A model generated the notes under the pieces. The model saw nothing but the letters and a program-made list of their open reading frames with translations, did no database searches and was not told where the DNA came from. Shown in pieces: positions 57,351-64,000 of a stretch of 64,000 nt of DNA. Within the stretch, counting starts at the first letter, position 1, and every line of letters begins with the position of its first letter. Origin of the DNA: an uncultured delta proteobacterium (GTDB lineage: Bacteria; Desulfobacterota; Binatia; UBA9968); assembly GCA_963803415.1 (NCBI GenBank), contig CAWDMI010000006.1:92399-156398 (forward strand), written 5' to 3'. The position numbers and the translations under genes were made by a program.

Positions 57351-60098
57351 ATGGACCCGTGGTACAGAGTCGTAACCCCGAGGAAGGAAGTCAGGGAAGG
57401 GCGATCCTTTAATCCTGACGAGTTCGCTATCGCGCTTGAGCAGGTTGTGGCGGGCACGGCGCCTGAAGACTATACAAATCCGGAGCAGTTCTTTTCCCGC
57501 ACGTGCTTCACCCGGGCGCTCAGAGATCACGCGGGGATGGTTCTCAAGCGTTTGGCGGGGAAAACCGAGAACACAGCTCCCGTCCTTACATTGATCACCC
57601 AGTTCGGCGGCGGCAAGACTCACACGCTGACAGCGCTCTACCATTTGGCTAATAACCCGAAAGCATCAGCCGGCAATGCAGGCGTCTCTGAACTCATGAA
57701 GCAAGCTCAACTTGCCGAATTGCCTAAAGCTAAAGTGGCGGTTTTTGTGGGTAACGCCTGGGATCCTCAAGCCGGGAAGGAGACCCCGTGGATCGATGTC
57801 GCGCGGCAGCTCGCCGGCGACAAGGGCGTGGAACTGCTAGGTAGCGCCGCAAAGTCCACGCCCCCTGGGACCGAAGCTTTGGGGCGGGTCTTCGAGGCAG
57901 CCGGAGATTCCGTCCTGATTCTTTTCGACGAGGTTCTTAATTTTCTCAATCGACACCGTCCCATGGCCGACCTGTTTTATGCATTTCTTCAGAATCTGAC
58001 GGTAGCGGCGACCGGCACGAAGCGGGCGGCTGCGGTAGTGAGTCTCCCGCGGAGCCAAGTCGAGATGACGCCCTCGGATGAGGAATGGCAGGACAGAATC
58101 ACCAAGGTCGTGCGGCGAGTCGCCAAAGATCTAATCGCGAACGACGAAAGCGAGATTAGCGAGGTGGTTTGCCGCCGGCTCTTTGAAAACCTCGGAAACG
58201 AGCGGGTCAGGAAAGCTGTGGCCAAGACGTATTCCGATTGGTGTTTCGATAGAAGAGCGCAGCTCCCGCCCGAGTGGACGGCTGTAGACACGGCGGCCAC
58301 GGAAGCCAAGGCGCGAGAATACCTGCGGACTCGTTTTGAGACCTGTTATCCCTTTCATCCCGCGACACTCTCGGTCTTCCAGCGTAAATGGCAGGCGCTT
58401 TCCCACTATCAACAGACGCGCGGCACCTTGGCCATGTTGGCCCAATGGATTTCTCTCGCCTACAGGGAAGGCTATCGCAAGGCCCGGACCGAACCTCTGA
58501 TCACACTTGGGTCAGCGCCGCTCGATGTATCCGAATTCCGTGCCGTCGTGCTCGGGCAGTTAGGAGAATCTAGGCTGGTCGCGGCGATAGAAACGGATAT
58601 CTCCGGGACAAACTCCCATGCGAACGCCCTTGATGCAGACGCCAAAGGATCACTCCGGGAAATTCACAGGCGCGTAGGGACGACGATTCTCTTCGAATCG
58701 TCGGGAGGCCAGGTGGAAAAGGTAGCTCACCTTCCAGAACTACGATTTGCCCTCGGAGAACCTGAGGTCGACAACACTTCGATTGACAACGCCGCACACG
58801 CGCTGGAAGGAAAGAGTTTCTTCATAAGCCGGGTGGGTACAGACGGTTTCAGGATCTATCACAAGGCGACAATCCGAAAGGCCGTCAGTGATCGGCGGGC
58901 ATCACTGGACGAAGCTACGGAAATCAAACCCACTGTGGAGTCTTTAGTAAAGAGGGAATGGGAAAGAGGCGCAACGATTCCGATCGCTCCATTCCCTCAG
59001 GATGGTACGGAGATCTCCGACTCTCCTCGAATGACTCTTATCCTGATGAACCCGGACGATGAATGGAGGGGCGACGGTCAGATAAAGGATTGGATCATCC
59101 AATGGACAAAAGAGCGAGGGAAATCCCCGAGGCTTTACCCCGGATCGCTTGTCTGGTGCATAAAAAAGCCCGGCCGTGAATTACGCGACAAAGTAGAATT
59201 GTGGCTGGCGTGGAGGCGGGTTGCCAAGGAAGTCGCGGATGGAACTTTAGGAGCGGATTATGATCGGGCGGATCGCGCCGATATTCAGGCGAATGCGACC
59301 ACGGCGGAGGGGGCAGCGAAAGATGAGGTCTGGGCCGGTTACAGGTATGCAGTTTTAGCCGACCAACGGGAGAAGGACGGCCTAAAAGTGATTGACTTGG
59401 GGGCGGGCCATGCAAGCGGCGGCGAGACCCTTTGTGGACGTGTGGTTGCTGCCCTGAAATCAAATGCGTTACTCAACGAATCCGTGGGCGCCGGCTATAT
59501 CGATAGGAACTGGCCGCCGGCATTGAAAGAATCGGGGGCGTGGCCATTGTCGAGCCTGCGTCAGAGTTTCCTCAACGGTTCGCTCACGAGGCTGCTCGAT
59601 CCCGATGCAGTGTTGAAGGGGAAGATTGTCGAGTTCGTGACCAACGGAGAGCTTGGCCTCGCGTCCGGAGCGAAAGCTGACGGAACATACGAGCGATTCT
59701 GGTTCGACGAGCCGGTCTCCTCAGACGAGGTTAGCTTTGAGGCGAATGTCTTTCTTTTGACGAAAGCAAAGGCGAAGGCGCTCAAGACAAAGCCAGTGAT
59801 CATCGAGCCACCCCCTGAAGACAAGCCACCGGAAGAAAAGAAGGAAGAGAAGGAGAAGCTCACCGAGGAGCCGCAGCTCGGCAGGACTACCCTTCGCCTC
59901 AGTGGAACGCTACCCCCTGAAGTCTGGAACCGCCTTGGTACGAGGCTGATAACGAAGCTCAGATCGGGGAACGATCTAAAGATAGATGTGGCGTTTTCCG
60001 TCTCGGTGGATGCCAAATTAGCAGCGGGCTTCGAGGCCGAGTTGCGGCAGATACTGGAAGATCTAGGCCTGACAGACAAAGTCAGGATCGAAAGGTAA
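57351..60098 (+). CDS. DUF499 AAA+ ATPase (BrxC/PglY-related)
   Basis: EFAIALEQV, Walker A TQFGGGKTH, Walker B LILFDE, YPFHP, QQTRGTL. Confidence 0.9.
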   Translation: MDPWYRVVTPRKEVREGRSFNPDEFAIALEQVVAGTAPEDYTNPEQFFSRTCFTRALRDHAGMVLKRLAGKTENTAPVLTLITQFGGGKTHTLTALYHLANNPKASAGNAGVSELMKQAQLAELPKAKVAVFVGNAWDPQAGKETPWIDVARQLAGDKGVELLGSAAKSTPPGTEALGRVFEAAGDSVLILFDEVLNFLNRHRPMADLFYAFLQNLTVAATGTKRAAAVVSLPRSQVEMTPSDEEWQDRITKVVRRVAKDLIANDESEISEVVCRRLFENLGNERVRKAVAKTYSDWCFDRRAQLPPEWTAVDTAATEAKAREYLRTRFETCYPFHPATLSVFQRKWQALSHYQQTRGTLAMLAQWISLAYREGYRKARTEPLITLGSAPLDVSEFRAVVLGQLGESRLVAAIETDISGTNSHANALDADAKGSLREIHRRVGTTILFESSGGQVEKVAHLPELRFALGEPEVDNTSIDNAAHALEGKSFFISRVGTDGFRIYHKATIRKAVSDRRASLDEATEIKPTVESLVKREWERGATIPIAPFPQDGTEISDSPRMTLILMNPDDEWRGDGQIKDWIIQWTKERGKSPRLYPGSLVWCIKKPGRELRDKVELWLAWRRVAKEVADGTLGADYDRADRADIQANATTAEGAAKDEVWAGYRYAVLADQREKDGLKVIDLGAGHASGGETLCGRVVAALKSNALLNESVGAGYIDRNWPPALKESGAWPLSSLRQSFLNGSLTRLLDPDAVLKGKIVEFVTNGELGLASGAKADGTYERFWFDEPVSSDEVSFEANVFLLTKAKAKALKTKPVIIEPPPEDKPPEEKKEEKEKLTEEPQLGRTTLRLSGTLPPEVWNRLGTRLITKLRSGNDLKIDVAFSVSVDAKLAAGFEAELRQILEDLGLTDKVRIER

Positions 60099-60146
60099 CC
60101 ACTGCCCAACGGTTCCCAAACTTCGTACGGGAAGGGAGATTAAACG

Positions 60147-60617
60147 ATGGCAGATTGCCTTGTGTATTGGAAATACTTTAGAGACGAAGCGTACGAGGAT
60201 GAAGCTAATGCTTTTACTCAACACTGGTTTACAAGAAGTCCTTACTTTTTTGACCAAATAAAACCCGGTAATAACCTCTGGGTTGTCGTTTCAGGCGGGC
60301 GGGAGTTCCCACAGGAATGGCGCTTGCTTCAAAGAATTTTGGTTCGAGCACTAAAGCCAGAAAGAACAGATCGTCCTTACCATGCAATTGGCGACACTAA
60401 GAAAAGCCAGATATTCGATATTCGAAAGCAGAAAGATTTAGCGCCGTTTCTGCGGAAACTGAAATTCGCCAGTGGAGTAAGAATCACCGCTAAAGGGAAA
60501 TTGATAGGCCGCTCGCTGCAATCGATAAGGCCATTAGCTGAGGAGGACGTGGAACTCCTCGAAAACTATACTAGGGGGTTAAAGAAAGCCCCAGATTTCA
60601 CTGGTTTGGTTAGCTAA
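60147..60617 (+). CDS. Hypothetical protein, possibly PUA/EVE-like
   Basis: LVYWK...QIKPGNNLWVV...SLQSIRPLAEEDVELL pattern; GGGAG RBS. Confidence 0.55.
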   Translation: MADCLVYWKYFRDEAYEDEANAFTQHWFTRSPYFFDQIKPGNNLWVVVSGGREFPQEWRLLQRILVRALKPERTDRPYHAIGDTKKSQIFDIRKQKDLAPFLRKLKFASGVRITAKGKLIGRSLQSIRPLAEEDVELLENYTRGLKKAPDFTGLVS

Positions 60618-60628
60618 GACAGGCGTTC

Positions 60629-60823
60629 ATGGACGACTTCGAAAAGAGGCGTCGCTTCCTGATGTTTTTGGATGATCGAGTCTTTCATCCGATTCTAGAG
60701 GGGTCGAAGGGGTCGAGTCCGCTTTTACAGGAGATTTACGGTGAAATAAATGTATCCACGTTGTTGACTAGCTGGAATAACTGGTTTAGCGGAAAAACTT
60801 TTAGGGCCGGCTTGCACGGATGA
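60629..60823 (+). CDS. Short hypothetical ORF, possibly a degraded gene
   Basis: 64-aa ORF immediately after 60617; no recognisable motif. Confidence 0.3.
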   Translation: MDDFEKRRRFLMFLDDRVFHPILEGSKGSSPLLQEIYGEINVSTLLTSWNNWFSGKTFRAGLHG

Positions 60824-61237
60824 ATCAAGCTGTGGACGACTCAGCACGAAGGACCTGCACCAAACAGCTATCGACGTTCGATAGCCGTCGTGAGAAGGCA
60901 GCACCGATGACCACTGCCAAGTAGATAAAGCTTCTTGGCGACCTAGAGAATCATCTGCCGGCCCAATCAAAGAGAAGGCCGCTTTAGGTTCTTTCTCCGG
61001 ATTCGATGTTTCAAGTTTGCGGAACGACCGAGTGGCTAGCGCTTCAGCGATCTCTCCATGGCGTGCACGCGCTACGAGACTTACACAAAGCGATGAACGT
61101 GGTTAGAGCGCCGGTCAGATGAACGTGAACGTGTTCGAGAAATGATCAGAGCAATCGGAAATCAGATCGTGGTGACGGCGCCGGTCTCGGTCAGGCCGAC
61201 CGACGGCGCGTCACTTCAGCCAACAGATATGCCTTCC

Positions 61238-61360
61238 CTAGTCTTCTAATTTCACGCTACCTTCCGCCTTTGATTTCTTCTCCGCCACGTACTTCCGCAT
61301 AGCAAGGCGCCTCTTTTGTCTCTTGCGCCTATGGGTATTTTTTCGTGCGTCCTGCTTCAT
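61238..61360 (-). CDS. Small highly basic protein (40 aa)
   Basis: AAGGAG RBS, ATG 61360; MKQDARKNTHRRKRQKRRLAMRKYVAEKKSKAEGSVKLED. Confidence 0.5.
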   Translation of the reverse strand: MKQDARKNTHRRKRQKRRLAMRKYVAEKKSKAEGSVKLED

Positions 61361-61554
61361 GCTTATTCTCCTTGTGCGCCGGGATAAACCGGTGGGTTGT
61401 TTGCGGATGGGAGTTCCGCGCGGCAAAGGGTCAGTCGCCAGGATGTCTGATCGTACGAATATTGACACTTTCTTTTCTCGTTTGCCAGGGGGAGTGCATG
61501 GCCGGGCGGGCACGAGTTTCGCTAGGGCTCGCGACAAGCCGCCCTTGTTTTTTG

Positions 61555-61708
61555 GGGTCTTCGGGCTTTCCTGTGAGCAGGACTCGCAGATTGCACCGCG
61601 GAGGCGCGGGGGACGCGGAGTAAAGAGTTCTTGGTTAAAAAATCTCCGATCTCTGCGAACTCTGTGCCTCCGTGGTGAATACTTCTTCACAGAAACCCAG
61701 AACAACCG
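61555..61708. repeat. MITE/REP-like non-coding element
   Basis: Imperfect terminal IR (GGTCTTCGGGCTTTCCTGTGA / TCACAGAAACCCAGAACAACC) around inner IR CACCGCGGAGGCGCGG...CTCTGTGCCTCCGTGGTG. Confidence 0.6.
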
Positions 61709-61865
61709 TTTTTTTTCGCCTGGGCGCGGTTGATCCCGTCGCGCTTTGTTGTTTTGGGTTCCGGTGTATTCCTTCCGTTCGGTTTACCAGGGCTTCTAGC
61801 CGGGCGACCGAGCAAACGGGTTGCGGTCTTGACTGCCCGGCATCGGGAAGCTAGGAAAATAGACT

Positions 61866-62687
61866 GTGCCACCACTCGTCAGCGTGATAATCCCTACTTA
61901 CAACCGATGCGCAATGGTTCGGCAGGCCATTGAATCCGTTTTGGTGCAAACCTATCGGAACTTCGAGTTGATCGTGGTGGATGACGGTTCGGAAGACGGG
62001 ACAGCGGAGAGGTTGACGGGATACGGATCATCGGTTCGCATATATTTCCAGCCCAGGCGCGGTGTTGCGGCAGCGCGTAACCGTGGCGTCACGCATGCGA
62101 CCGGTGTCTATCTGGCCTTCTTGGACTCAGATGATCTCTGGTTGCCCCGCAAGCTCGAGGTGCAGATTGCTTTCATGCAGAAACGGCCGTCGGTGGAGAT
62201 TTGCCAGACCGAAGAGGTTTGGATTCGCCACGGCGCGCGCGTCAATCCTAAGAAAAAACACCGCAAGCCCTCAGGAGAGATCTTCCGGGCGAGCCTGGAG
62301 CTTTGTCTGGTGAGTCCGTCAGCCGTGATGATGAAGCGGGATCTTTTTGACACGCTTGGAGGTTTCGACGAGACGCTGCCAGCTTGCGAGGACTATGACC
62401 TCTGGCTCCGCGTCGCGCGCTCCCATGCGGTGCCTCTCATCACCGGCCCCCTGGTGATAAAGAGAGGCGGGCACCCGGACCAACTCTCCCGCTCGATCTG
62501 GGGGCTCGACCGGTTCCGTGTCGCCGCACTGCAAAAACTCCTTAGCTCGGGTTTGGACGGCGAGAGGAGAGACTGGGTTTTGGAAGTTCTAAGGCGCAAG
62601 GCTACCATTCTGAGTCGGGGAGCGCGCAAGCGGGGCAAAGAAAAAATGGCACAATCCTACGAGGCGGTTTTAAGCAGTTTTGTCTGA
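61866..62687 (+). CDS. Glycosyltransferase family 2
   Basis: VSVIIPTYNR, VVDDGS, ARNRG, FLDSDD, EDYDLW. Confidence 0.93.
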   Translation: MPPLVSVIIPTYNRCAMVRQAIESVLVQTYRNFELIVVDDGSEDGTAERLTGYGSSVRIYFQPRRGVAAARNRGVTHATGVYLAFLDSDDLWLPRKLEVQIAFMQKRPSVEICQTEEVWIRHGARVNPKKKHRKPSGEIFRASLELCLVSPSAVMMKRDLFDTLGGFDETLPACEDYDLWLRVARSHAVPLITGPLVIKRGGHPDQLSRSIWGLDRFRVAALQKLLSSGLDGERRDWVLEVLRRKATILSRGARKRGKEKMAQSYEAVLSSFV

Positions 62688-62716
62688 GTATGGATTGCGC
62701 TGAAAAGCGCTTCGGT

Positions 62717-62875
62717 TAGCAGGGTGCTGAAAAAAGATTAAGAATGCTTCGATCGCCTCAGCATGACCGGAAAAATTATCAACGATTTCAATACCCCTTC
62801 GTTCGCCACTTCGATAAACTCAGTGCAGGCTCTGAGCCTAGTCGAAGGGTGAGAGGTCTTTTTCAGTAGCATCAG
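62717..62875. mobile_element. MITE-like element with IS-like ends and internal REP-like palindromes
   Basis: TGCTGAAAAA...TTTTTCAGTA termini; internal CTTCGATAAACTCAG / CTGAGCCTAGTCGAAG inverted pair. Confidence 0.6.
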
Positions 62876-62884
62876 TGGAGAGAT

Positions 62885-63427
62885 ATGGACCAGACCATAG
62901 ACTACGCGCGGGCCAAGGGCTTTCATGAGCAAACCGTCAAACGATTAATGTCCCTGCCTGAAGAGGATCAACGAATCCTAATGGAGATGGTTAGCGCGCT
63001 TAAAATAGGTCAGAACCACATTCGGGATTTGCTCGATTGGTTAGATGAGATCGCGCTTCGCGACGGAGGAAGCATTGCGACGATTTTAGCTCGCGCAACT
63101 TTTTGCGAGATCCTTACCAATCCGCGGTTGGGACGCAACGACAAGCTAAAGCGCGTTAAAGAGGAGCTGCGACGGCTCCGGTTCCCACGGCTCAGTCAGA
63201 TCGAGACGGAAATCGCCAGCAGGATCCAGGCCCTCAAGCTTGGCCGGCACACTCAGGTAGCGAGCCCCCTTGGGCTGGAAGGGGGCTTTCTGACGGTACA
63301 GTTGAAGGCGGCCAGCTATGACGAACTCAAACGGTTAGTTTCGGGGCTGGCTCAAGCCGTAGACACATCAGAAGTGAAACAGATCTTCGATCTGCTCGAA
63401 GGTCGTAGGGTTCCAGGCACGGAATAA
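62885..63427 (+). CDS. Hypothetical helical protein upstream of the SplB-like gene
   Basis: GGAGA RBS; LRRLRFPRLS; 3 nt from the next gene. Confidence 0.65.
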   Translation: MDQTIDYARAKGFHEQTVKRLMSLPEEDQRILMEMVSALKIGQNHIRDLLDWLDEIALRDGGSIATILARATFCEILTNPRLGRNDKLKRVKEELRRLRFPRLSQIETEIASRIQALKLGRHTQVASPLGLEGGFLTVQLKAASYDELKRLVSGLAQAVDTSEVKQIFDLLEGRRVPGTE

Positions 63428-63430
63428 GCG

Positions 63431-64000
63431 ATGAAAGAATTTAGACCCGAGCGTGTCATTTTTGAAGCGGACGCGGAATCGAGCCCGATTTTTCGTAATT
63501 TGAGAAGCGCTCTTCCCGATGTTCCCTTCGAGCGTGTCGAAGACGTGCAAACCCGGTGGCAACAACTGAGGCCGCAGGCGGATCCGTTCGGACACGGCAA
63601 AAAAAACCTCTTCCTCGCACGGCATAAGGGCGAGTTCTTGAAGAAATGCCCCGGCAGCGCAGGCCAAGTTTGTTGCAACTATTTTGTCATTAATTTTGCC
63701 AGCAACTGCCCTATGGACTGCAGTTATTGCTACCTGCAGGAATACCTCGATCAGAACCCTGCGTTGAAAGTGTTCAGCAACGTGAATGACCTCATCGATG
63801 AGGCGGATCAACTCTTAAGCCGCCATCGGCGCTTTTTTTTCCGCATCGGCACGGGTGAGATCACCGACAGTTTGGCGTTGGAACCCTACATCGGGTTTTG
63901 CCGGGAGGTGGTGCCTTTTTTTGCGGATCAACCTAATGTTTTGTTGGAGCTCAAAACCAAGAGTGATCGGGTCGATCCTCTGCTTGAATTGGACCCCAAG
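63431..64000 (+). CDS. Spore-photoproduct-lyase-like radical SAM protein, 3'-truncated by window edge
   Basis: CPG...CCNY, NCPMDCSYCYLQ (CxxxCxxC), RIGTGEITDSL, LELKTKS. Confidence 0.88.
   Translation, partial: MKEFRPERVIFEADAESSPIFRNLRSALPDVPFERVEDVQTRWQQLRPQADPFGHGKKNLFLARHKGEFLKKCPGSAGQVCCNYFVINFASNCPMDCSYCYLQEYLDQNPALKVFSNVNDLIDEADQLLSRHRRFFFRIGTGEITDSLALEPYIGFCREVVPFFADQPNVLLELKTKSDRVDPLLELDPK

Noticed and set aside
61095-61150. GTGGTTAGAGCGCCGGTC...GTTCGAGA resembles tRNA D- and T-loop motifs at the island edge
   Set aside because: The anticodon and acceptor stems do not pair and no cloverleaf can be built
44442-61237. Island as a prophage or integrative element
   Set aside because: No integrase, transposase, phage structural genes or flanking direct repeats seen
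61238-61733. 155-aa and 136-aa ORFs spanning the MITE-like repeat
   Set aside because: They are translations of a palindromic repeat; only the 40-aa basic ORF has an RBS

Overview
Bacterial window. The expanded ABC solute-binding proteins (SBPs), cupins, UbiD and Rieske genes and the repeat types resemble Candidatus Binatota/deltaproteobacteria-like genomes (inference only). It has four zones. (1) 1-31.2 kb: an uptake/catabolism region with 9 paralogous AfuA/FbpA-type SBPs (one truncated), 3 permeases, 2 ABC ATPases, a Rieske oxygenase, amidohydrolase, CADD/PqqC-like oxidase, atypical UbiD, 3 cupins, a persulfide dioxygenase-rhodanese fusion and an isolated cyanobacterial-type glgC. (2) 31.4-44.4 kb: ion homeostasis and envelope genes (CDF, mgtE, DedA, degP flanked by two look-alike small secreted ORFs, and a fluoride riboswitch-controlled antiporter/USP/DUF6062 operon). 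(3) 44.6-60.8 kb: a defence island with a WYL regulator, a repeat-flanked four-helix-bundle gene and a SNF2 helicase(DUF3883)-DUF1156 methylase-DUF499 ATPase restriction-like system. Its gene junctions carry cargo: ORF6N, a duplicated helicase 3' end, an uncharacterised wHTH + TIR-like pair, a DUF433/DUF5615 toxin-antitoxin (TA) pair and a possible PUA-like protein. (4) 61.2-64 kb: a GT2 glycosyltransferase, MITE-like repeats and an SplB-like radical SAM gene. Three single-base frameshifts may be assembly errors. The best candidates for undescribed biology are the wHTH/TIR-like pair in the restriction-like hotspot, the octamer-repeat-flanked four-helix-bundle element, and the putative leader peptides around degP. 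All family assignments come from motif recognition by eye; no searches were run.
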